From the NCBI RefSeq assembly GCF_036321535.1, contig NC_087436.1, positions 32,242,001 through 32,306,000 on the forward strand: 64,000 bases of DNA. Reading direction: 5' to 3'. This document shows, piece by piece, positions 52,967-64,000 of the stretch. Position 1 is the stretch's first letter, and each line of letters opens with the position of its first letter. The stretch is from Camelus dromedarius. Lineage: Eukaryota. The notes under the pieces are model-generated. The model worked only from the letters and a program-made list of their open reading frames with translations, had not been told where the DNA came from and ran no database searches. The translations under genes were made by a program, and so were the position numbers.

Positions 52967-53549
52967 CTGAAAAAAGTTTAAGCACACATATTTTTTCCCA
53001 AGAGGGAATGTCTTAAAAATGATCCAGGAAAAGAGTTCTTAACATTAAAATAATTTTTGGAAAGTCTAAATACCACCAATTCTTACACTTGTAATTACAA
53101 TAACTTCATAAGAGATCCCCAATTCTGCATTAGTATATAGGTCATCTTGTCTTTTCAAGACAAGGTTGAAGCATTTTGGTAAAAAATTAAAGGAAAATTA
53201 CCCCCATTCTTGAATATTAAACTTCTAAATTATTCCAATCTTATAAGGAGAAAACTGGCACAAGATACTATGATCATTAAAATTAAGAGAAGATAGGTAG
53301 AAAATCTACACATGACACAGTACACAAATAATTTAAGCATAAATAGAACAGAGCTCCACCCATAACTGTTAAATCCCTATTTAATTTATAGCTCTCTATG
53401 GAAGGCAATACAAATAGAATTTAAAGCATCAAAAGCCACTGAGTTATCTTTAATTGTCCTATTGAATCTGAATAAACTTTAAAAAGGCTGAGTAAACTGG
53501 ACTAAGTAGTCCACTGTTAGGCTGTTTGTTTTAGAAGAAAAGCTGTTAC

Positions 53550-53724
53550 CTGTATGTGAACAAAAGGCTTGACCCGGTACAAACTCTGGGCAATCAATCA
53601 GTTGAGAGAAGTCAGTTTGTGGCACACTACGTGGAGGAGGGCCCGGAATTGGCCATTTTTCGGGTTCTACCTTTTTTCTCATTTTCTCATCCACAATTTC
53701 CACTTCTGTGCTATCTTTCAGTGC
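53550..53724 (-). CDS. LARP1B: LARP1B coding exon, end of La motif plus PAM2-like segment, 175 nt, phase 0-1
   Basis: ttatag|GCA ... ACA G|gtaaca. Translates ALKDSTEVEIVDEKMRKKVEPEKWPIPGPPPRSVPQTDFSQLIDCPEFVPGQAFCSHT. Confidence 0.97.
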
Positions 53725-56499
53725 CTATAAATGGGAATTTTGAGCTATTAACTTTCATTCAAAAAATTTTAATTGTACATCCTACACTTCTAATAACCTA
53801 AAAAATTTTAAAGTCTAAAATCAGCATATAGTATTAGTTAATGTTTCTAAAAATATCCATGAACTACTTAGAATAGGACAAATTTTAAAATCATCTGCCC
53901 CTGTAAAGTAACAAATACCCTGATTTAACACGTAGCAGATAATCTGGTTTTCACAATTAGAATAGTCAAAGATTACTGCATCAATTAGAAGCAAATGATT
54001 TTTACTATAATTTTTATTGTCAATTTTTTTCTTCTCATATTTCCTTTTGTCTTCCCTTAACATAACTAAATAAAACATAGGCATTGTATTTATTTTAATA
54101 ACTACCACCATTGTTGAATAATAAGAACATACATACACAGATTCCTCATAACACCCTGTAAGTGTAAGGTACATTTCATAGATGAGGAAACTGGGGCTTA
54201 AAGAAACAAAGTAACTTGATAAAGATCATAGACTTAGTATGAGGCAATACCAGGGCTCAAATCATTATTTATCCACCACTACAATTCTTAGCCACTAGGA
54301 TATGTGCCTCTCAAAAAAATAAATGTCTTGTAATTTAAGGATAAAACAAAACTAGAACAAAATTTCTTCCAAATAAAAATTAAGAGTCTTATTACCTGAA
54401 TTTTAACTGAAATCCAAGGTACTCACCTTTACAAATTAGGAAAAATACAAATATAAAGACTCAACCTACAAATTTGTTTACTTAAAAAAATTAAAACAGT
54501 ATTTTAGTTCAAGAACCTATTATATGTATTACTTTAAGAATCTTATATTACTATAAATGTTAAGTGATAATGCTGTAATAGTAGTATTGTACTTACTTCT
54601 CAAGTTATATTTTCCATAAATAGACAATTACTTTAAAATTATTTAAATACAAGCTCTTTTGATAAGATTTGGTATATTCACTGAAAGGAAGAGTATGAAA
54701 TACAGAATGAAGGAAATAAGGAAGAATCCTATGGTAAGAGCTTTGAATTGGTGATATGTGTATTTTTTTCCTAATATATTTTCCTAGTTTTGTCCACTGA
54801 ACATTCTAGAAGCAATGACACCCCAGTAGCAAACCAGTATACCCAGCATCCACATCCTGTAAAAATACGGGTGAATTTCAAAAACTATAAATGAAAGAGC
54901 ATGGAGACAGAAGAATTCCATTTACAAAAATGTGAAGAACAGACAAAATGAATCTATGCTAGAAGAACCAGAAAAGTGGTTTGCTTTGGTTTGGTGAGGC
55001 AACGGGTGAGAGGGTAAGGGACTGACTAGAAAGGGCCACTCAAGAAGTTTACTGAGTAATGGACTACATATATCTTGTTTGGAGCAGGTTTATACAATTT
55101 TCAGAATTCAAACTGAATACCTAAGATCCCTGCATTTTACACCATGTTATTTATACCTGAATTTAAAAGGAAAAAAAGCTCCTTGAAATTTTTAGAAAAA
55201 GATTGCCAAAAGTGATGGCTAGGATGTAAAGCAACTCAAATTCTCAGAAATGTTAGTTTTAACTGGTTCAATTCTTTTGAAAAAAATGTTTAGCAGTATT
55301 TACAAAAGCTAAGTGCATATATATATCCCATTACCCACCAATTTCACAGGAAAATAACTGTATATGTCCAACCAAAAATATGTACAATAATGTTCACAAC
55401 AGTATCACGTATTCAAACTGTAGAGAACCCAAATTTCTATTAATAGAAACATGAAAAAATAAATTTGTCATATCATACAATGCAATACTACCCAAAAATG
55501 GAAAATAAACAAATGCCACACACCAAGGAGGATAAACCCTACAGAAGCAATAATGAGCAAATGTCAGATATAAAATAATTCAAATAACTTTCTGTTATGC
55601 TTAAAAAACAGGTGAGGAAGCTCTCTGAGAAGCAACTACCTTTGAGGAGAGCAGTTGTATTGACTAAGATGAAGTACAAGAGAGCCCCTTGGGATGTTGA
55701 AAATGTTCTCTGTCTTAATCTGGGTGACAGTAACACAGGTATATGCAGAGGGGAAAAGTCATCTGTAATCTTACAGTTTCGAATATACAGTGTAAGTTGT
55801 CTCAACTTAAAATTTTTTTCAGGAAAAAATTCAAAGTTCTTTATATACAGCTATCAAATGATCTTCTAATACATGCTATTTTTAAAAAAGGAAGGGGCAT
55901 GACAGTATATGTAGTATAACATGAATACTTCACGAGGAATACACAAAAAAGAAGTAACACTACCTGCCACACCAAGGAAGGTTTAACTAGTTCACTGTTG
56001 CTGAAAGATGAGAAGGAAAATTTTCACTCTATGCCCTTTGAATCCTGAATCACAGAGAATTAAATCCCTATTAGAAAAAAATTCAAGAAGAAAATCAAGA
56101 GAATAGAAAGTGGAAAAGTTGTGATTTAGGCCTTAAAAGAATGATACAAAAACTGTATCAGACGTATATTAAGGAAAAGATCTAGACAAACCAAAGTTAG
56201 ACATATTTTTACTAAAACTTGGTTATCTTGAACTCCTAAACAATGAGATACGGTACACAGTCAATATTTCCAGTTATCTGAGGTTTTTTCCTATTATTTT
56301 TGGCCCTTTTCTTAATGATACCTATTACTATGAATAACCACCAATGCTGGAATACATAGATGTTATATGGTTGGTTCCTGGTCCTATGACTGGCACTAAG
56401 AGAATAAAGACTAGCATGTGTAAAGATCTAGAAGAATAAGAGCAGCACACATTCTGTGAAACCACAAGGTCAGCCAATTTGGGAAACAAGGCTTCAAAT

Positions 56500-56680
56500 G
56501 ACACAGTACTAGGCACAGTTCTAAGGACTTTACAGTTATTATGTTAATTACTCCTCTAAGTCCACATACTCCACAATAGCTTATTTGTCCTATTTTAATG
56601 AGAAAATTGAGCATGAGGAGGTTAAATAACTTGCATACAGTTATACAACTGATCAGTTGCAGAGCAAGGATCAACTTGAT
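56500..56680 (-). mobile_element. MIR
   Basis: taggcacagttctaaggactttaca...gaggttaaataacttgc. Confidence 0.65.
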
Positions 56681-56744
56681 CTAACAAAAAAGGAAGACAC
56701 AAATGGCTTTCAGTTGTAGACCAAGTACCAAAAATGCAGTAAGC

Positions 56745-57310
56745 TGAGTCGAACCAGCAATTCCACTCACTTCTGGGTATCCACTCAAAGGAAATAAAAA
56801 AGTTTTCAGAGATACATGCACTCCTATGTGTACTACAGCATTACTTACAGTAACCAAGATATGGAGACTATGTAAAGCCCTTTAATAAGTGAATGGGTAA
56901 GAAATATGTGGTATATATACACAAGAGATTATTCAGCTGTGAGAAAAGAAGATAATCCTGCCATTTCTGACAACATGGATGGATCTTGAGCACATTATGC
57001 TAATTGAGATACATAAGACAGAAAGATAAATACTGTATAGTATCAATTTTATGTGGAATCTAAAAAAGCCAAACTTGTAAGTAAAAAAAAAAAAAAAACA
57101 GTAAAATGGTGGTTACCAGGGGATGGGGGAGAGGATAAGATCAATGTTGTTTAAAGTACAAACTCAAACCAGTAGTAAAAAAGCCTTGGAGATCTAATGC
57201 ACTGTATAATGGCTATAAACAACAATATTGTACTATAAATATGTTAAGTGATAATGCTATAATAGCAATCATATTACAATATACATGTATCAAAGGAAAA
57301 AAACAGAAAA
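56745..57310 (+). mobile_element. L1MA-type 3' end
   Basis: ccagcaattccact, acaacatggatggatcttgagcacattatgcta, ggtggttaccagggg. Confidence 0.8.
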
Positions 57311-58479
57311 AAATGCCGTAAGAAAAAACATAAATGGGAGAGGAAAAAACAGACTCACTAAATTTGGCTGTGTAGATCTACTCAACCAGGGTAGATATCG
57401 GTGTCAGCTAAAGTATACTTTGATTCTTTTGATAGTTTTTTCAAGAAAGGAAAGACCTGAGCATATTCAAACACATTTAGGAAAAAGCTGGTAGAAATGA
57501 ACTGAAGATAGAAGGCGTGATCAAGAGAAGCACATTCTTGAAGACTAATAGCAACAGTAAACTCTTATTTAGAGCCAGATACTGCCATTACATATTTCAT
57601 ACTCATGGCAAGCCTATGAAGTTATGCATTGTTACAATTTCCACTTTACAGAAGTCTCAGGACACTGCCAGAAGTCCCCGAGCTACGAGGATATATGTAT
57701 GCAAGTTCAAGTGCATGCTCTAAATTAGCATGTTTATACTACAAAGCCTAATGAAGCCTTGCCACCTTAAGGGAAAAGACATCTTTCCCAGTGCAATAAA
57801 TGGTAGGTACATATAAATGTTAAATGAATGCAGGCCTGTGTTGTTCTAAATCACTATGCTTGTGTTTTTCTGCATTTCAGAGTACTACTATTTCTTACTG
57901 TAAATCAGCCACTATGTATTAATGCTAACCCATGTCAGTAACGCAATAGTTTTATTAAATATCCCTTCCTTACTGATAAAAGCTTTAGAAACATAATCAG
58001 CGCTCTGAAAATCGTGTTTGAAGACTTAATGGGAATACACACAGACCAAAAAAGCATGCAATGAAGTTACCCGTTCCTACAGAAGTACAGAGATTGGGGG
58101 AAATCAGTAACTTTTTCAAAAATGACAGTGAGCTGGATCTTTGCTATTGCACAAAGTCCATAGTTAATAATCTCATTCTACTATAAGCATAATTATAGTA
58201 CTTTTTTCCAAGGATAAACTCTGCAAGAAAAAAATTTAACTTTCTTCAAATTAAAGTATACAGAAACTTTTAAATAAACTTATTGTCTATAAATAAATAT
58301 AATAGTGGTATTGCTCCAAGTAATTTTTTTCATAAAACAAAGAATCATTAGTTTTATAACAAATCACTAGTTAATAGTGTTTTAAAAACCTAGACTTTCC
58401 TATAGCTGGTTTTTAAAATATAGAGCACATGTGTTCAAAATATTTGCCAAAATAGCCAGACTTTCAAAGAGTTTTTAAG

Positions 58480-59325
58480 AAAATTAAAAGATGAACCAAA
58501 GACTGGAAAAAAAAAATTGTAAAATACACTTAAAAGACTTATATCCAGAAAAAACTCTTACAGTGATTAAATAAAACCCAAATACTCCAATAAAAATGAG
58601 CAGGTGATTTGCATAGACATTTCAACAAATAAGGTACACTGACAGCAAATAAACACATAGAACATAAAAAGATGCTCAACATCATTAGTCATTAGGGAAA
58701 TACAAATTAAAACCACAATGACAAACCACTACATATCTATTATTCAAAAAATTGACAATACCAAGTGATGAGGCCATGGAGCAAATGGAACTTTCATACA
58801 AAATGGTGGCATGCAAAATGGTTAAATCCACTTTGGACAATAGATTGGCAATTTCTTACTGTTAAACATATACTTACCACACATTCCAGCAATCTCAATC
58901 CTCAATATTTACCCAACAGAAATGAAAACATAGGTACACGCAAAGATCCATGCTTTATTCATAATCTCAAAAAACTGGAAACAATCTCAATGTCTATCAA
59001 GTGACTGAATAAATTATAGTACATCCTTACTATGAAATACTAGTCAACAACAAGAAAAAACTACTACATGCAATAACACGAATGAATCTCAAAAGCACTA
59101 AGCTGAGTCAAGGAAATCAGAAACAAAAGGCTACAAACTGTGTAATTTATTTATAGGATATTCTGGAAAAGGCAAAACTAGAGGGACAAAAAATCAGATC
59201 AGTGGTTCCCCGGGGGCTGTTAGTGGGGAAAGTGACTGGTTACACGGGAGGCACAAGTGTCTAAGTCTGTCAAAATTCATAGAACTATACAGCAAAAAGG
59301 CAAATTTGATTGTATGTATGTAGCA
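58480..59325 (+). mobile_element. L1MB/MC-type ORF2 end and 3' UTR
   Basis: aaagatgctcaacatcattagtcattagggaaa...caaattaaaaccacaatga, and ttctggaaaaggcaaaacta. Confidence 0.8.
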
Positions 59326-59796
59326 AACAGAAAATCAAAAACTGTAAGCATTTCTAGAACAGGACAGACAAGAGATTCAATAAAATCATCAAGAATGCTG
59401 GAAATACTGGAAATACTATTTTAAGTCAGCCCTTCTGTAGCACATGAAAAATTCTCAAAATTTTAATGGGAATATATGCTATTTTATAGCAATCTGAAGA
59501 CTAGAGGACCAAGAATACCCCAGTAAGTTCAAGTCTGTGTTGGTGTTCAACCCATCCAAAGATCTAGTTAAAAACATGTGAAAACATCATTAGTAATTCT
59601 TTGAAGGGTTTCCAAGGTTAGACATTTATTTGGGTTTTACAAAATAGAAAAAAGCCACGATGCAGTCTAAGCCTTAGGCAACTACAGACTTGTTTTTGCT
59701 TTTTTCTTAAAAATTTTTAATAGACTTTACTTTTCAGAACAGTTTTAGGTTCACAGCATTAATAGAAAGTAGACTGTTTTGTAAATGAATAATTAC

Positions 59797-59941
59797 CTCT
59801 AAAATGAGATTAAGGTTTGTAGTGAGAGCCTGAACACGGTGGAAACCAGCAATCAGGGAAATAGGCAAGAAACCTTGCTCATCCATCTTTCTCCTAAGAA
59901 AGAAGTCCCGTTCCAAATTTTCTATACTGAAATAATATTCA
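59797..59941 (-). CDS. LARP1B: LARP1B coding exon, La motif core, 145 nt, phase 2-0
   Basis: ttttcag|T GAA ... TTA GAG|gtaatt. Translates [48 protein letters not shown], a La-motif signature. Confidence 0.98.
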
Positions 59942-61290
59942 CTGAAAAGAGAAATAGAGAAGTAAACAAGTTTCACCAATCTATTCGATAGGAAATAAAA
60001 ATGTCTATTGCTTATAGTATCAATTGCTATAAAACTACTTTATTAATAACATTATATACACTTAATTAAATAGGTAGTAAGGTAAATACAGTAACAGCAA
60101 AACCCTACTAAGTTAGTAATTTCTCTTCCACATAAGTAGAAAGAAATTTAGAATACCGATTATCTTTCCGAAAACTAACATTAACTTCTACCTATGTATG
60201 AAGAATTAACCAGCATTATACTTTAAAATAGTTCAATAATTAACTTTTTCAATGAGTCAATTCAGTGAAAAATTTCATTTCAAAGCTAGTTTAATTTACT
60301 TCATTTAAACACTAAATAAAAAAGCTAAACACATCTCAAAAGACTGCCTTCCAACTTTTTCCAATCACTGAGAATAATGATATACTGGAAGTATTCTTTG
60401 TCAAGTTTACAGAGTAGTTTGTTTTGCTTTCTATAGTGGCAGGGTACTGACATTGTTTAATACTTCTGAACTTTAGCAATCAGCACAATGCTTAGTAAAA
60501 ACTAAGCGTTAGTGAATACATAGGCACAGGTGTACACACACAATTTTATATTCAAATCATTCAAGATTTCCCCCTTTGATGGGCTCAACTGTAAAAGATA
60601 GTAAGAGTGAACAGAATATAGCTAAACAAAGAATATATACAACACCATGAGGTATTTACATGGCAGGGAAATACAAAAGCAACTTATACACAAAGTGTAT
60701 GACCAATAACTATAAGTTTCAAAATAAAAGATAATATGAAGAATACATTTAATAATGGCATTTGAGAAACAAGTGTTCAAATTCAGCCTGTGAATAGAAA
60801 AATGAGAACAAGATTCTAGAGAGAGAGAACAAGAGGATAAATGAGGGAAAATGCAGAAAATACAAAATATATGACATCAAATGATATGGCCTACAGTTTA
60901 ATAATCCTATACTGTTTCTAAATCACAGAGAAAGATTTCAAAGATGGGTGGCAAATTATGAGAAAGCACATCAGCTCATATATTTGGGTATAAGGCTGGA
61001 TAACTAAAGATACCCTTGAAGTATTTAGATCGAACTCTAACTTTGAACAAAAAAATCAACTATGAGTGAAAACTGGCTTTGAGCTACTTTCCACTGGGTG
61101 GGAAAAAATCTTATTTTAGAAATTTAAATACCCAAGTTGTTTCTTTATACTCTGATATTTACCCAACTATCAAAGTGCAAAGCTCCCTTAGATCAGTGAA
61201 GTACTACTGACATCTCAGTAACACTAGTAAATCATTTACTCTTCTTAAACACAGAAGAAAAAAATATAAGGCTTGAAGAATTGAACAATC

Positions 61291-61430
61291 TGATTTTTGT
61301 TACACCTCAAAAGCCCTTTTCACAGTGCCTGGCATGTGGTGGGCACATAATATGTGTGTTCTAATTTTTGTTATACTTCAAAAACCCTTTCACAGTGCCT
61401 AAAATGAGGTAGGCATATAATACATATGCT
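61291..61430 (+). repeat. Diverged ~70 bp tandem duplication
   Basis: Units begin at 61291 and 61362, both reading atttttgtta..c.tcaaaa.ccctttcacagtgcct. Confidence 0.85.
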
Positions 61431-63269
61431 TAAATTCTCAATTTTCAGACATTAAGACATTTGATTTAATCATAAGTTAAAACTGTTCTTGGACAAAAAC
61501 TTCTCTGACTGTAAGATGTCTTTTTAACCTAGTACTTTGTGTAAATAAATTCATAAATCACTCTATTACCTATAGTAAATACTTTTTGAAACTTCTAGTG
61601 GGCTGCAAACATACTTATGTCTAAATCTGAATGCCAAGAGATTGTCCCAGCTAGAAATAATCAAGATCTTAAATTTTTAATACCTTGACATCAAAAAGTC
61701 AAATTATTAATATGCATCTTCAGTTAACATGACTTAAAAAACTCAATCATCCATAATACAGGTAAGCCTCTTACATCAAAATATTTTTGAATAATATTCC
61801 ACAAGTGCAAAGAAAGTTTTCAGTAACTTCTCAAATATGAAAATTTAAACCTAATGAATAAGCCTATCTATGTATGAGAAACTTCAAAGACACAGAATCA
61901 AAAGCATGACTCCTCAAATCCAGATGTCCAGTAATCAGAGAATGTAACAGTAAAGAGCCATTCTAAACCAGCCTGGTTCTCTAACATCTGCCAAAACTCT
62001 ATTGCTAAACAATAACAAAAAAAGGAGTCGTGCCCAATGCTATGTCTGACATTTTGTTCAGTGTCCTAGGGGACATTATCATGTCCTACCTTAGAAGCTC
62101 TGGATACTACACTGCATGATCAGAAATTTTGTCAACACTGAAGTAGCTCTGCTCCTCCCTCACTTGTTATGAGCACATTGGAGGCCGATTATCCTGACAT
62201 GGAGTTGTATGTCCACTGTCAGGTTTCAGAAGGGACCTGGCAGCAAGAGTTAAAAAAAAAAGGCAGGAATAGTGCTCTGAAGTTGATAGCCACATGCCAG
62301 GCACTTTCTGCCCATTAAAAGGCCCTTTTCTTCAGTGTTTGCGTCAACTGTAACAAAAGAAGCAAGAATAAAATAAACAGGTTGCTTCATCTTGTAAGCC
62401 AATCAAATCCACCATGAAGGCATCCGAGGAAGATACCTGGCTGATGCTGATGAATAAATGATTTTCTAGTAACAGAGTATGGTTCATTTTCATTTTTAAA
62501 TAAAGGTAGATGTTTTTAAAATGCTTATGCCCTTTCAAAAATAGCCTTTTTCCTTTCCCTTGTAGACAAAAAAAAGGGTCAAATTTCAGCAAATTACTTA
62601 TGCAAATCACTTGGGAATATTTTTCTCAACACTACATAAACACACTATATAAATATGCAAAACCTCCTACACAATACTAATATGCAGAGAGGTTATTTTT
62701 TCCTTAAAGATAATAGAATAAACTAACATCCTCCTAACCTCAACTTTAGTATTCAGGTAGTAACTATTATAAGAACTAGAGCAAAAAAGCCTAAATAATA
62801 TGTCACAGAGAAAGAGAACTTAAAAGTTAAAAAACAAACTTAGAATGCTGAAACTAACTGTTAAGAAAGCCAGACAGCAACATTTTCTGCCATTTATATT
62901 CATTTTCAAATTTTAATAGAAACATTTATTTGAAAATAAGCCAAGTTTCATTTGTTCAATTTCAAATATATGTAGCAGTTTTACATTCTTATTATTTAAT
63001 CACTCATATTATACCATGACATTACAATATTCTTTAGGCAGAGAAAGACCTCAGTAGAGAAAGCACTATTTTTATGTAAATAACATGAACCAAATATGAA
63101 TTTTTAAAATATTTTACATATTTTACTAACATTTCCTAGAAAAAAACTACTAAAATCCTTCAATTTTACTAATAAACAGCTTAGAAAATGTGTTATATAT
63201 TCATTGTCAATGACATTCAAGTATGATATTGCAACAGATTCTCCTATCCCATCTGTCTGTTCGACTTAC

Positions 63270-63435
63270 ATTTGGCGCTTAATATACTCTTTAAGCAATG
63301 CTTCTTCCACTGGATACACCTGCACGCCTGTACCATCATCATAGTAATACATCATACTGGTATTAAGTTCTGTTTGAAATGGTTGGTCAGACCTTTCACC
63401 ATGTTCTTGATAACCATATGAATAATCAAAGTTCA
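63270..63435 (-). CDS. LARP1B: LARP1B coding exon, start of La motif, 166 nt, phase 1-2
   Basis: ttaag|TG AAC ... CAA AT|gtaagt. Translates LNFDYSYGYQEHGERSDQPFQTELNTSMMYYYDDGTGVQVYPVEEALLKEYIKRQI, in frame with both neighbours. Confidence 0.96.
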
Positions 63436-63669
63436 CTTAATGTGAAAAAAGAAAAAGAAAAAAATAATCAGATTTTTTAAAAAGGAGGTACTATAAAGAA
63501 AAATCCAAAGTGAAGTATTTCAAAAGGTAACAAATATAAAACCATCTTTATTATCAGACAAATAAAATCAGTTAAAACATTATATGGGATAGTGGGGAAA
63601 ACTAACAGAAGTCTTGCATACTTTTCTCAAAGTTCATCTAATTTAACAAAACAAGAAATCATGTCCTAC

Positions 63670-63813
63670 ATCGAGAATTTCCTCTGCCTCGTCCTCTTCC
63701 CCGACCTCGGCCTCTTCCTCGGGCTCTAAAAGAACCTCGGACATTACCACCCTCACTTCTCACACTGGAAACTTCATCTTGATCATCTCTCTTTTCTCTT
63801 TCACGTCTCCAAC
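63670..63813 (-). CDS. LARP1B: LARP1B internal coding exon (RG-repeat exon), 144 nt, phase 1-1
   Basis: Acceptor aaaaag|GT TGG, donor CGA T|gtagga. Translates WRREREKRDDQDEVSSVRSEGGNVRGSFRARGRGRGRGRGRGRGNSR, matching recalled LARP1B. Confidence 0.95.
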
Positions 63814-64000
63814 CTTTTTAAAATAAAAATATTTTAATACATTTCAATCTGTGACTGTTAATAACATGTTTATCTTTACGAAAATGTGGTAACCACTTCT
63901 CCCCACTTGGTAACTAGTTGTTAATAACCAGGCATTCTTCAGAAAGATACAAACTTAAGAGATCCCAGAGGAATTTCGTCAAAATGTGTCCAGCATAAAA

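Noticed and set aside
62190..62225. Hairpin cctgaca...tgtcagg as a snoRNA or miRNA
   Set aside because: The stem is short, with no convincing H/ACA or C/D box arrangement.
1..64000. CRISPR array, operon or other prokaryotic system
   Set aside because: The sequence is mammalian intron/exon DNA, with no regularly spaced repeats or dense ORFs.

Overview
AT-rich mammalian genomic DNA, most likely camelid, judging from a vic-1-type tRNA-derived SINE at 31857 and young camelid-like L1 ends. The window lies wholly inside LARP1B (La-related protein 1B) on the minus strand. Seven internal coding exons splice in frame through GT-AG junctions: 63670-63813, 63270-63435, 59797-59941, 53550-53724, 48556-48728, 44906-45271 and 15471-15594. 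They encode the RG repeat, the La motif, a PAM2-like segment and the central conserved region. The start codon and the DM15 exons are outside the window. The introns are mostly transposon debris: L1 of several ages, L2, L3, MIR, a near full-length Tigger1, MITEs and MLT LTRs. The most unusual object is a ~2.2 kb TSD-flanked insertion (27056-29291). It starts with an L1 5' UTR, switches to non-L1 DNA carrying older repeats, and ends in an A-tail, consistent with an L1-promoter-driven chimeric retrocopy. Other candidates are a second TSD-flanked orphan retroinsertion (12406-13000), several DM15-less terminal exons and poison exons, and an R>W change in a conserved motif. I see no evidence of a new multi-gene system. 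Repeat family names and human comparisons come from recalled consensus sequences, not a database run, and repeat boundaries are approximate.
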